A stretch of 64,000 nucleotides of DNA, from the NCBI GenBank assembly GCA_964234715.1, contig OZ174281.1, one strand, 5' to 3'. This DNA comes from Podarcis melisellensis (taxonomy: Eukaryota). This document shows, piece by piece, positions 13,522 to 25,711 of the stretch. A model generated the notes under the pieces. That model searched no databases. It was given only the letters and a program-made list of their open reading frames with translations, and was not told the origin of the DNA. Positions within the stretch are counted from its first letter, which is position 1. Each line of letters starts with the position of its first letter. The position numbers and the translations under genes are program-made.

Positions 13522-13800
13522 TCCTCTTGCAGGGATATGTGCTTTATCCTTGTTTTCTGTGATCCGTTGAGCTGATGAGGAGTTTCACATTCCCATTAGG
13601 ATGCAGAAGAGCTCAATGAGGGATGATAAACAAGGCTACTGGTTGCTGTTGAATTTCTGTACTTTGCAGCGGTTTTTGTTTCTCAGCAAAACACTTTGGA
13701 AGTCCCTGTGTTCTGCTGTTTCCCAGCTCTGTGTGACTGAACAATCACACTGCAGAAGCAGCAAATCACTGGATTTTCAGCTCCACTGTGAGAACTATGT

Positions 13801-13843
13801 TGGTCAACAGTGGCACTCTGAGTCTCAGATGAGGAACTGCAAG
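13801..13843 (-). promoter_or_regulatory. CSE of C1, CACT variant
   Basis: TGCAGTTCCTCATCTGAGACTCAGAGTGCCACTGTTGACCA. Confidence 0.8.
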
Positions 13844-14429
13844 AGGTTTGGTCACAGATAACATGGAAGAGATTTGTTTTGTCATTTACATATTGATGTG
13901 TATCCATTTTCAGGAATATTTGGGTTTTATCTGTAGCATAGGCTACAACTCACTGCCATCCAAAAAGTAGTAGAAAATAAGCAACACTACACTACACCCT
14001 CCCCAAAATGTGGAATTTATCCCACCTCCACCCCCCATTTTATTTTATTTTTTTAGAAAGATCAGGTAGGATATAAATGGAGAGAATAAAAGAATTACAG
14101 CACTCACCACATTTTCAAAGTGAAATCTGTAACTTTCTCATCTCCTTGAGAAATGATACCATTTGTGTAATAAAAACATGTGTCTAGAAATTTATTTTTT
14201 ATGTTCCTAGAATAGTTACACATTAAGAGTAGAAAACCTGCATTTGATGATAAAGTGCACTTCACAGAAATTTGCAGCTCAAATCTGACATCTGCCTTGA
14301 AATTGAAATATGACTAATTTATGACCATTATTTACAATTTGTGTAGTCTGAGTAGAACATAATCTTCATAAACCTCATAAATGTCCATTTACGGTGCTTT
14401 CCACTTTACAACAAGTTTGTCTATCAGGA

Positions 14430-14678
14430 ACTCCACAGTTTAGCATTCTGACCATTGTCTATTCAGCTTATGAAATTGCAGTTTTCAGTATTTTAAAAGG
14501 GGATCAAGGATGAAATCTAATTCTTTCAGTGATATGTTTTCTGGTATTTTACATTTAGTTTAATCAGAAAACATATCACTGAAAGAATTAGATTTCACCC
14601 TTGATCCCCCTTTAAAATACTAATAAGTGCAACTTCATAAGTTGAATAGACAATGGTCAGAATGCTAAACTGTGGAGT
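14430..14678. repeat. Long inverted repeat, two 114-bp arms with a 21-nt spacer
   Basis: 14430-14543 is the reverse complement of 14565-14678 with roughly ten mismatches. Confidence 0.92.
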
Positions 14679-15189
14679 GCTGGATAAAGTAGGGTGATAT
14701 TGAAGTAGTAATTGTCAAGACATCATACCCTGCCACTATGACAATCTACATGTTTAGAAAAAGCAAATACTATGTAGGGATCAACAGTTCATTTTTAAAA
14801 GGAAGTAGTTCTAGTTCATCCTGTCCAAAGAAGTTTGTAATTTTACAAAAGAGTTCAGTTCAAGTTCATCCAAATAGTAACTTTTTAGTTCATAAAATAA
14901 TCAGCTTGGCATTTCCCTCCACCCCTAGCATGCAGAATTCTACAAGCTGCTTTGCTTGCGTGTATCCTAAAAGTAAACCAGCACCACACACAAATAATAT
15001 GTAAAAGCCATCAGATAGCAACAGAGCTTGGACAGCCTCTCCTAGTCAGGCTTGAGAACACTGGGCTGGATTCATAATTGACCCTTCCAACTCTACAATT
15101 CTACAGTTCTCTTAAATAGCTCCTTATATAGAGGAAAGAATAATGCAGACACAAAAGCAATGCTCACATTTGGGAAAGCCCTTAGCTTT

Positions 15190-15528
15190 CCACGGGTGGT
15201 GCTGTGGGTTAAACCACAGAGCCTAGGGCTTGCTGATCAGAAGGTCGGCAGTTCAGATCCCCGCGACGGGGTGAGCTCCCGTTGCTCGGTCCCTGCTCCT
15301 GCCAACCTAGCAGTTCAAAAGCACATCAACGTGCCAGTTGATAAATAGGTACTGCTCTGGTGGGAAAGTAAACAGCATTACTGTGCGCTGCTCTGGTTCG
15401 CCAGAAGCGGCTTAGTCATGCTGGCCACAACTGTACGCCGGCTCCTTCGGCCAATAAAGCGAGATGAGCACCACAACCCCAGAGTCATCCGCGACTGGAC
15501 CTAATGGTCAGGGGTCCCTTTACCTTTA
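15190..15528 (+). mobile_element. Sauria (Squam1) SINE
   Basis: Head GGTGGTGCTGTGGGTTAAACCACAGAGCC, tail GGTCCCTTTACCTTTA, TSD CCTTAGCTT. Confidence 0.9.
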
Positions 15529-15609
15529 CCTTAGCTTCCTACAGATATGTTGACATCCAGGCACACCACAGTCTGGGGCACATTTAGATAAAGTGTGCAT
15601 AGGACTGGA

Positions 15610-15835
15610 GTCAGAATTTGCTGAATTCTACTCCAACCTATACACTTCCCACAACCCAACCCAGCAGGGAATCAAGAACCACCTGACAGGACTGCCCATG
15701 AAACCATAACAGAAGACGAACAAGAGTTCATTGGACAGTCCTATCATCCCAGTGGAAATAGAGACTGTCCTCAAAAACAAAAAATACATAAAGCCCCAGG
15801 CCCAGATGGTTTCACAACAAAATTCCAAAATTATG
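15610..15835 (+). mobile_element. L1-clade ORF2 remnant (duplicate at ~39750-39975)
   Basis: Encodes EFYSNLYTS...KAPGPDGFTTKF, resembling the L1 ORF2 motif KSPGPDGFTAEFY. Confidence 0.65.
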
Positions 15836-15981
15836 CTTCCAAAGAGAGGAGTTGGTTACTGACAGTCTAATTGCTTCTCACTGATATTATCATCATAGTC
15901 CTAAAAACACATGACTCATACACTTTATTTCTGAAGCTTCACTTCAGAGACACAAGAATAATTCAGCTGGTCACCACAAGC

Positions 15982-15984
15982 TGT

Positions 15985-16050
<66 letters not shown>
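15982..16050. repeat. Compound (TG)n(AG)n microsatellite (duplicate at 40119-40181; also (CA)n at 40280-40320)
   Basis: Directly visible. Confidence 0.97.
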
Positions 16051-16052
<2 letters not shown>

Positions 16053-16124
16053 AAAGACTCCTGCTCTAAGTAATATTATATACATCAATTAAAACGGAGA
16101 GAACTGATACAAATAAAGGCCAAT

Positions 16125-16253
16125 NNNNNNNNNNNNNNNNNNNNNNNNNNNNNNNNNNNNNNNNNNNNNNNNNNNNNNNNNNNNNNNNNNNNNNNNNNNN
16201 NNNNNNNNNNNNNNNNNNNNNNNNNNNNNNNNNNNNNNNNNNNNNNNNNNNNN
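16125..16253. other. Assembly gap (129 N)
   Basis: N run; the paralogous interval 40260-40361 contains (CA)n and (GA)n tracts. Confidence 0.99.
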
Positions 16254-16463
16254 GCTATTTTTCTAAAAAAGAATTGTTAGCCTTCCATCCATAAGAAAAG
16301 GTGGAAAAGGTGTTACTGATTTTGTAACAGTATTGTGTGAATGCTGAGTAAAAAGAAGACAAACTATGGCAATTTCCACAAAAGTATGGAGGCATTCTGT
16401 CTGGATTTTGCTCATTGAAAAACACCATGGCTTACACAAATAATTCTGGATAACAATTCTTAC

Positions 16464-18884
16464 CTCTTCATCTTTATTCATCTCAGCTTGACAATTATTT
16501 TCTCGGTTGCCTGTAAATGGCACAGCAGGATTCCCACTGCCAAGAATATTGTCTGCAATCTGAACATTGGGTGTCAGGAAGGCAAACTCATTCTTCCTGG
16601 TCTCAGAAGATAGACACAGCTGGTAGGAATAGGGCAAAGTCCCATCTTCAAAGTTGGGTGGGAAGATGGCACCATTCTTGGAATGGGGAACAGGACCAAA
16701 GCACTGTAGGAACCTGGGATGCCCTGACTGACGGAGCTTCATTGTAACGGCCAGAATCACAGTCAAGAGGAACAAGAAGGAGATCACAGCTAAGGCCAGC
16801 ACCAAGTAGAACTGCAGGTCAGACTGATACTCCGAGCTGTTGGCTTGGCTCTTCATTTCCGGAAGGGCCTCCTGAAAGTTCTCAGCAAACACCAGGTTCA
16901 GAGTCATGGTGGCCGAGAGAGACGGCTGCCCGTTATCCTTCACCATAATGACCAGTCTCTGTTTCACAGCGTCTCTCTCCACAAAGGCCCTGGCGGTCCT
17001 GATCTCTCCAGTATGAGAACCAACCATGAAGAGTGCCGGCTCAGTGGCCTGAGTCAGGTGGTAGGAGAGCCAGGCGTTGTGTCCAGAATCTGCATCCACG
17101 GCCACCACCTTGGTGACAAGATAATCTGCCTCGGCCGAACGAGGCACCATCTCAAACAAGGCTGAGCCCTTGGCTTCTTGTGAGGGGGACAGGATACGAG
17201 GGCTGTTATCATTCCTGTCAAGAACAAACACCCTGACGCTCACATTGCTGCTGAGAGGGGGAGAACCCCCATCTTGGGCCTTCACTTGCACCCGAAACTC
17301 TCTGAATTGTTCATAGTCAAAGGATCTCTGGGCATAGATGGTGCCAGTCTCAGAATTAATGGAGATATAGGAGGAGATGGGAAGCTCCTCGATGTTGCTG
17401 TTGAGGATGGAGTATGTGATCCGTGAGTTCTGATCCGTATCTGGATCAGAAGCTTTGATGGTGAAAATGGAGGCACCTGAAGGATTGTTTTCTGGCACGT
17501 AGATGTTGTAGGATGGTTTCTGAAATGTAGGGGCATTATCATTGATATCTGAGATCTGTAGAGAGATTGTTTTGTGTGTGGAAAGAGGTGGAGTTCCTTT
17601 ATCAATTGCTGTGATTGTAATATTATATGCAGGAGTTCTTTCTCTGTCCAGGAGACTGTCTGTCTGGAGCTTGAAGTAATTGTTAGATGACGGAAGAACT
17701 TTGAAGGGTAAATCATCTTGTAGGTAGCAAGTAACCTTTCCATTATCTCCACTATCTCTGTCATTTACATTGATCAGAGCAATGACTGTTCCTGACATAG
17801 AATCTTCCGGAACTGGGCTAAACATGGAGGCTAAAGTAACCTCTGGGGCATTATCATTCTCATCACGAACGCTTATTTCAACTTTGCAATGTGTCACTAA
17901 TCCACCACCATCTTTGGCTGCTACTGATATAGTATATTCACTGATATCCTCAAAGTCCAATAACCCTATAAGTAGGATTGAGCCATTCAATGGATCTAGA
18001 CTGAATTTCTTGTTGGCATTCTGTGGTATATTACTAAAATAATACCTGATTTGGGCGTATGAACCTTCATCATTATCAGATGCTGTAACCTGGAGCACAA
18101 GCGATCCAACTGCAACACTTTCCCTCAAACTGACCTTGTAAACCTCTTGTGTGAAAACTGGGGGGTTGTCATTGGCATCTGTGACATTAATCCATATCTG
18201 GGCAGTCCCAGTTTTTCTAGGTTCACCCCCATCCAACGCTGTGAGAATCAAGTGAAGGGTCTGTTCGGTCTCTCGGTCTAGTGCTTTCTGCAGCACTAAA
18301 TCTGCAAATTTATTTCCATCATGAGTCTCTTTAACATCCAGAGTAAAATACTGATTCGAGCTAAGGTGGTAATTCTGGAGAGCATTCATCCCAATGTCAG
18401 GATCTTCAGCTTTCCCAAGGAAAAACCGTGTTCCTAACAAAGTTAGTTCACTTGTTTCTAAGTTGATATTGCCACTGAGAAAGAATGGCGCATTGTCATT
18501 TATATCTTGAATTGTAATAGTCACATGAAAAATATTAAGGGGATTTTCCATTACCACCTCAAAATTAACAAGACAGAGTGGAGTTGTGCCACATATTTCC
18601 TCTCTGTCAATCCTGTCATTTACATAGAGATTTCCATTTTCTGCATTGATACTGAAATACTGCATTTTGTTCACAGAGACAGCATGCAGATTGCGCCTTC
18701 CTAGATCTCTGGCATTCAGTCCCAAATCCTCAGCAAGATTCCCCACAATTGAACCCTTTGGCTTCTCCTCAAGGATAGAATAACGAATCTGCTCTGAGGC
18801 AGCCCAGCCGGAGAAAGGCAAAAATAAGAGAAGCAGTACTTGCCTTCTGAGTGCCATTCCATTGTTTTTGTTTCTTCTATCCAT
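16464..18884 (-). CDS. PCDHGB: Protocadherin gammaB-like variable exon D1 (807 codons)
   Basis: Six EC repeats, TM, GTLPYSY. Donor GAG|GTAAG at 16464/16463; unspliced ORF to 16263. Confidence 0.95.
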
Positions 18885-19142
18885 ACAGATCCCTGAGAAA
18901 CAGCTGTCTCCTTTTTTCAGCTTGTAATGATCAGATTGTCATCTGATCACAAGGAATCTCCACAACAAAAACTAAGCTGGATTTCTGCCTAGGTAAATCA
19001 GTTCCTTCTTAAATTTTTACTGTCCTTTCCAGCAAGATTGCTTGGTTGTTGTGATCTGCTGTTACTGTACAGAAATGGTGAAACAATCCCTTTCTAGAAA
19101 ACTATCCAGGGGTCTCCTGCATTTTCTCTGTGGGTTCCACAC

Positions 19143-19185
19143 TGGCTGACACTGACATCGTGAGGCTCAGACAGAGAACTGCAAG
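19143..19185 (-). promoter_or_regulatory. CSE of D1, degenerate CAGT variant
   Basis: TGCAGTTCTCTGTCTGAGCCTCACGATGTCAGTGTCAGCCA. Confidence 0.7.
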
Positions 19186-19549
19186 GGATTCTTTCTTATT
19201 CAACTTATAATTGAAAAGCAACCTGGGTGTGTTCATATTTTGGAGTATCCAGGACGACCACAAATTGGAAGCATCCAGGAGAGTTGTCTTTGGTCCTCCA
19301 CCGTTTATGTTGTCAAATTACAGCTGCATGTCAACATCCTTTTATCCATGTTATCAACTTTCAAAATAAAAACAGAATTGTCTTGTGGTGTCTTAAAGCA
19401 AATGTGGCACACGTTTTCATGGACTAAAATAATGACTGTGATATTGCTGTTAGTACTGGCAGCCAAACAAAATCCTGAGCTTGGCAGAGCAGAAATCAGA
19501 ATGCAAGCATTATCATCCCACTTTTTTATTTTGAATTATGATTATGATT

Positions 19550-19958
19550 ATTTCAACAAATAAGGTTTAAAGACTCTCTCAAGGTAAATATTTAAAAATG
19601 TAGTATAAGCACCAATAGGAAACACTGGCCTGCGAGTGCTTCAATTGGAGAACAGCCTTTACCAAAGGTGTCATGGGCTTTGAAGACACTTGAACACAGG
19701 GCGAAAAGGAGAAATGAGCTAAGAGGAAGGCATACTTGGCAAACCCTCACCATGATCAACTCCCACCCAGAAACCTGTGTCCCCACTGTGGAAGGATGTG
19801 TGGATCCAGAATTGGCCTCCACAGTGACCTACGGACTCACTGCTAAAACTATGTTTTGGAAGACAATCTAACTCAGCTACGAGTGATCGCCAAAGAAGAA
19901 GAAGAAGAAGAAGAAGAAGAAGAAGAAGAAGAAGAAGAAGAAGAAGAAGAAGAAAGAA
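19550..19958 (+). mobile_element. RTE-clade LINE 3' end with (GAA)n tail
   Basis: Decayed ORF end (KDSLK...ETLACECFNWRTAFTKGVMGFEDT) followed by a long (GAA)n run at 19893-19958. Confidence 0.65.
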
Positions 19959-19959
19959 G

Positions 19960-20347
19960 ATTATTATTATTATTATTATTCCACTCACTTGACTAGGTTG
20001 CCCCAGCCACTCTGGGTGACTTCTAACAAGTTAAAACACAGTAAGACATCAAACATTAAAACATTCCCTATACAGGGCTACCTCCAGATGTCTTCTAAAA
20101 GTTGTTTATTTGTTTGACATCTGATGGGAGGGCATTCCACAGGGCAGGCATAACTACCGAGAAGGACTTCTGCCTAGTTCCCTGTAATTCCATTTCTTGC
20201 AGCAAGGGAACTGCCAGAAGGCCCTTGGAGCTGTATCTATGTCTCGACTGAATGATAGGGGTGGAGACGCTACTTCAGGTATGCAGGGCCAAAGCTTTAG
20301 GGCTTTAAAGGTCAGCACCACACTTTGAATTGTGCTCGGAAACGTAA
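19960..20347 (-). mobile_element. L2-like LINE 3' fragment with (TAA)n tail
   Basis: (TTA)n then ...ccccagccactctgggtgacttc...ggagggcattccacagggc...gctttaaaggtcagcacc; resembles a common lizard LINE 3' end (from memory). Confidence 0.6.
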
Positions 20348-21020
20348 CAATAACATGCACATTTTTACTTATGTCTTATCAAAATGGCTTCAATTTCACT
20401 TGGATCCCAGATGCAATTTCAAAACATTTCCAGTAATTTTTACCTACTCATAAATCTCCCACTCACCACTGCTTCTTTCTATGTTACACAAATAGCCTTT
20501 CTAAGATATCAGAATAATCTTATCCGAAGGCAAATGACTTCCCACCCCAAATCAATATATTTGTTCCAATGAAACAAGTGCAAAAATTCAAATGTTTTCT
20601 TCTTCTTTTCGATGTTCAATGGCACTCAAACATTTCATTTATCTACTGCTCTCCTTATGCAGGAAAAGGCTGTACTAGGTGGCAGTGAGCTTGTTTGCAG
20701 GCTGCTAGTTCAAGAGCCTGGGAGACACACCTATGTTGACTATGATTTTTAAAAAATTGCTTCAGTGTGGTTCACTTTGCAACAAAAGCAAGGAAGCTCC
20801 TGGAAGCCTTCCTGATGGAAATAGGACACCTCAAGTCATTTGCACAGCTCACAGCTTGGGCAATGCAATGCCATCAAGCCAACATTTCAGTAGGGTGCTC
20901 CTGAGGATATGGGTCCATTACTCAAGAGACTAACTTTAAACATGTTAACTGAAGAGTGACTACTGCTCTCCACAAAGGACAAACCTGGACCTGCCGCCAT
21001 CCTGCTATGAACTGCAGAGC

Positions 21021-21207
21021 CATAGCTGTCAACTTTCAGATTTGAAAATAAGGGATCAGCAGCCCCAAAAATACGGGATCACCAGCAGACTGTCCCAGGG
21101 ACAGTCTATGGGATATCTAACAATCCGGGATAGCAGCGGGAAGCAGTGGGAAACGGCACTGGAATAAGGGAATTTCCCCACAAAAAAAGGGAAGGTTGAC
21201 AGTTATG
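21021..21207. mobile_element. hAT-type MITE
   Basis: TIRs CATAGCTGTCAAC / GTTGACAGTTATG (12 of 13 match); perfect 8-bp TSD TGCAGAGC. Confidence 0.88.
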
Positions 21208-21488
21208 TGCAGAGCTACACTTGGTATAGGAAAGGAAAGGCTGTTCAGAGATGCCACCTTCCTACATACAATCAATTTTGGAATTTGCTGTGAAGCTTTT
21301 GTCCAGAAAGGAATAAAACCAGGCTTCTGAGGGCCCAGTGTGCAGTAAGGTGGATTTTGAGAAGGTAGCAGGAGAACCTATTGCTTCAAAGGTAGTGGGG
21401 GTGTCTTTCCTTGGAGGAGACCCAAGTGAGTGATGGACTGCCTCTGCTTTACTGCAATGGCTAATTGTTATCTTCTAGATTTAGTTAA

Positions 21489-21840
21489 GGGACACGGGTG
21501 GCGCTGTGGGTTAAACCACAGAGCCTAGGACTTGCCGATCAGAAGGCCGGCTGTTCGAATCCCTGCGATGGGGTGAGCTCCCGTTGCTCGGTCCCTGCTC
21601 CTGCCCACCTAGCAGTTCAAAAGCACATCAAAGTGTAAGTAGATAAATAGGTACTGCTCCTGCGGGAAGGTAAACGGCGTTTCCGTGCGCTGCTCTGGTT
21701 CACCAGAAGCGGCTTAGTCATGCTGGCCACATGACCCGGAAGCTGTACGCCTGCTCCCTTGGCCAGTAAAGTGAGATGAGCGCCACAACCCCAGAGTCGG
21801 TCACGACTGGACCTAATGGTCATGGGTCCCTTTACCTTCA
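21489..21840 (+). mobile_element. Full-length Sauria (Squam1) SINE
   Basis: GGGACACGGGTGGCGCTGTGGGTTAAA head, CCTTTACCTT tail, 14-bp TSD CTAGATTTAGTTAA. Confidence 0.93.
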
Positions 21841-22250
21841 CTAGATTTAGTTAAAAGTTTAAAAGAAGTAGTGATTCAGGTATATTCCCGGGCTATCTTG
21901 CTCAGAGTGAGGCAGTTCACCTTCCTCATAGGGAGGCATGGTGATGGGGTGGTTGCTCCAGAAAGCCCAACAAGAGCCAGGTGGTGGGTGGCATAGGCAG
22001 TGAGACAAGTGTGTGCAAGTTGGCAGTACTAATCTGGCCCTCATTTGGCTGACAAAATACATTTGTTTAAACACCTCAAATGCAACCTCAGCCATATTTG
22101 CTACCGTTATTTCTCCAATCACAATCTGAGATATAGTGATTATATGAGGAAGTACCTTGGGGGGTATTCAGAAGCAAGGGGAAATAATACTGAGTTACTA
22201 TTAAAACGTTTGTGATGCATTTTTCACATTTAAAATGAACTAGAAACATA

Positions 22251-22589
22251 GGGACGCGGGTGGTGCTGTGGGTTAAACCACAGAGCCCAGGGCTTCCTGA
22301 TCAGAAGGGCGGCGGTTTGAATCCCCACGACGGGGTGAGCTCCCATTGTTCAGTCCCTGCTCCTGCCAACCTAGCAGTTCAAAAGCACATCAAAGTGCAA
22401 GTAGATAAATAGGCGAGAAGGTAAATGGTGTTTCGGTGTGCTGCTCTGCTTTGCCAGAAGCAGCTTAGTCACGCTGGCCACATGACCCGGAAGCTGTACG
22501 CCAGCTCCCTCGGCCAATAAAGTGAGATGAGCGCCACAATCCCCGAGTCATCTGCAACTGGACCTAATGGTCAGGGGTCCCTTTACCTT
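22251..22589 (+). mobile_element. Sauria (Squam1) SINE
   Basis: GGGACGCGGGTGGTGCTGTGGG head, CTTTACCTT tail, 10-bp TSD TAGAAACATA. Confidence 0.93.
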
Positions 22590-23308
22590 TAGAAACATAA
22601 AAGTACTATTAAAGCAGGTTCTACCTTTGGTGAATCATTTTAGGTATTTCCTGAAACATTTCATTCTAAAATAAAGCCATGTAGTTCGGACCCTTCCCTC
22701 TAATTTTCACTGCCCTAAAGCAGAACAAAATATACAGCTTTCTGATGGTATAAGGTACATCTCTCTCTCTGTCTCTCTCTCTCCCCCTCCCATTCCTTCC
22801 CCTCTCTCATCCCACTGCTTATCTCTATCAAACACATTTTTCATTAAAGGTATGAAGTGGAAGAACAGAAGTTCATCAGTAAAATGAAGTAATGATAAAT
22901 TAGATAAAGGTTAGATGGCATACATAGCATTTTCTTTATGCCACATCCACATCCGATGAGTGTGTTGAGGGGATGAAGAAAGATCATACTCATCTCCACA
23001 ATTTCAGTTGAAGATCTGAACATCTACAAATAGGCCTGTACACATACCAATAGACCCTTCCATTTGCAAGATTTCTGATGACAAAGAAAAGGCCTATTTG
23101 AGAACACCTGTACAGCATGTTCTGTACAGACATTCAGCTTCAAGTACACCTGTGAGGTTCAAGCAGAGGGGGTAGCTGCCCCATCTTCATGTGAACTGAA
23201 TGTTTATATGAAAAAACTCAGATAAATCAGCTTAAAATATACTAGTTGCCTATAGACATAAAGAGAATGCTTAAAATGTTAACCATGTACCGCTGAAAAT
23301 AAACTCAC

Positions 23309-25711
23309 CATATCAGCATTATCCATCTCAGAATTTAGGATATTGCCTCCATTGGCAGTCAAAGTCACATTAGACTTATCTGCGATTTGAACATTGGGTG
23401 TTGGAAAGGTGAACTCCTGTACCCTGGACTCAGAAGATAAGCACAGCTGATACGAATATGGCAATGTTCCTTCTTCATAGTTTGGTGGGAAAATGACTGT
23501 GTTGTTTGAATGGGGAACAGGAGCAAAACACTGCAGGAATTTGGGGTTCCCTGATCGCCGAATCTTCATGAGAATGGCCAGAATTACTGTCAGGAGGAAT
23601 AAGAAGGAGATCAAAGCTAAGGCCAGCACCAAGAAGAATTGTAGATCCGATTGATACTTGGAGTCACTGGGCTGGTGGCTAATTTCCGGAAGTGCCTCCT
23701 GGAAGTTCTCAGCAAACACCAGGTTGAGACTCACGGTAGCAGACAGTGGTGGCTGCCCATTATCCTTGACTAAGATGATGAGCTTCTGCTTCACAGCATC
23801 TCTTTCCAGAAAAGCCCGTGAGGTCCTGATCTCCCCAGTATGGGAGCCAATTGAGAACAGCCCAGGTTCTGTTGCCTGGAGCAGATAGTAGGAGAGCCAA
23901 GCGTTGTGTCCAGAGTCAGCATCCACAGCCACCACCTTGGTCACCAGATAACCCTCCTCTGCTGAGCGAGGCACCATCTCAAACAAGGAGGAGCCCTCTA
24001 CTCCTTGAGAAGGGTAAAGAATCTGAGGGCTTTGGTCATTCTGGTCCAGAATACACACTCTCACGGTGGCATTGCTGCTGAGGCGGGGGGAGCCTCCATC
24101 TTCGGCCCTCACCTCCACTTGAAACTCCCTGACTTGCTCATAGTCAAAGGAGCGCTGAGCATAGATAGTGCCAGTCTCAGAATTAATGGAGAGGAAGGAC
24201 GAGAGAGGCAGCCCCTCAGTGATGCTGCTGCGAATGGAGTAGGTGATTTGAGCATTCTGGTCCACATCTGGGTCGGAGGCTTTGACCCTGAAAATGGAGG
24301 AGCCTGAAGGATTGTTCTCTGGGACATAGGCAGTATAATAGGGTTTCTCAAAGGCAGGGCAGTTGTCATTGATGTCAGAGATCTGCAGTGTGATGGTTTT
24401 GTATGTGGAAAGAGGGGGGTTGCCTTTGTCTGTGGCTGTGACTGTGATATTGTACTCTGGAGTTCTTTCTCTGTCCAAGGGGGCATCTGTGAGAAGCTTA
24501 TAATAATTATTGGAGGCTGATACCATTTTGAATGGCAAAGTGTGTTGTATGTCGCAAGTAATCTTCCCATTATCTCCAGAGTCTCTATCATTTACATTGA
24601 TAAGGGCTACCAGGGTTCCTACTGCAGAGTCTTCAGGGATTGGGCTGGACAAAGAGGCCAGAATCACTTCTGGCGCATTGTCATTCTCATCTAGGAGTGT
24701 TATTTGAACTTTACAGTGAGCCACCAATCCACCTCCATCTCTTGCTTCCACTGCCATCACATATCCTTCTGTTTCCTCAAAGTCCAGAACCTCCTTAACT
24801 ATAATTGTTCCATCTTGTGAACCCAGGTAGAATTTCTGGCGAGCAATTTCAGGGATGTTACTAAAACTATAGTTGATCTGGGCATTTGAACCATCATCTC
24901 TATCTGTGGCTTTCACCTGGACCACTGATGATCCTTTGGGGGTATTTTCTTTCAGATTGACTGTGTATACTTTTTGTGTGAAGACTGGTGGGTTGTCATT
25001 TGCATCAATGACGGTGATCCATATTTTGGCTGTTCCAGTTTTGGCAGGCTTCCCTCCATCCAGCGCCGTTAGGATTAATTGGAAACTGCTCTCACTTTCC
25101 CGATCCAACTGTTTATTCAACACTAATTCTGCATATTTCTTTCCGCCTTCTATTTCTCTCACTTCCAGAATAAAGTATGGATTTGTGCTAAGGTTGTAAT
25201 CCTGGAGAGAATTCACCCCAAGATCAGGATCTTCAGCTTCTCCAATAAGAAATGTGGTGCCTGGTAAGGAGGATTCAATTATTCCCAGTTTTATATCCCC
25301 ATTTACAAAACGTGGTGCATGATCATTTATGTCTTGAATCTCTACAGTTATATGAAAAATATTCATAGGACTTCCAACCACCACTTCAAAATTGATGGAG
25401 CAGAATGCAGTTTGACCACATAATTCCTCTCTATCAATCCTTTCCCTTACATACAGATTTCCATTTTCTGCACTGAGAGTAAAGTATTGCTTTTTACCTA
25501 GGGAAAGGATATGCAGATTGTAATTTCCTATTTCTCCATTATTCAGGCTCAGGTCTTTAGCTAGGTTTCCCACAATGGAGCCCTTTTCCATTTCCTCAGG
25601 GATGGAATAATGAATGTTCTCTGAGGCAATCTGACCACACAGAGAAAATAGTAAGAGGAGAGGTACTTGCCTTCTTAGGGATCTGCTGCTATCTTTCTGT
25701 CTGCCGGCCAT
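23309..25711 (-). CDS. PCDHGB: Protocadherin gammaB-like variable exon A2 (801 codons)
   Basis: Six EC repeats, TM, GTLPYSY. Donor ATG|GTGAGT at 23309/23308; unspliced ORF to 23279. Confidence 0.95.

Noticed and set aside
16263-16463. C-terminal extensions of the large ORFs past the splice donors (up to 66 codons in D1/D2, with a hydrophobic patch)
   Set aside because: Every exon has a consensus phase-0 GT donor at the homologous position; the extensions are intron read-through and are not conserved between subfamilies.
19719-19988. Poly-Leu/Ile hydrophobic ORF
   Set aside because: Translation of the (GAA)n and (TTA)n microsatellites.
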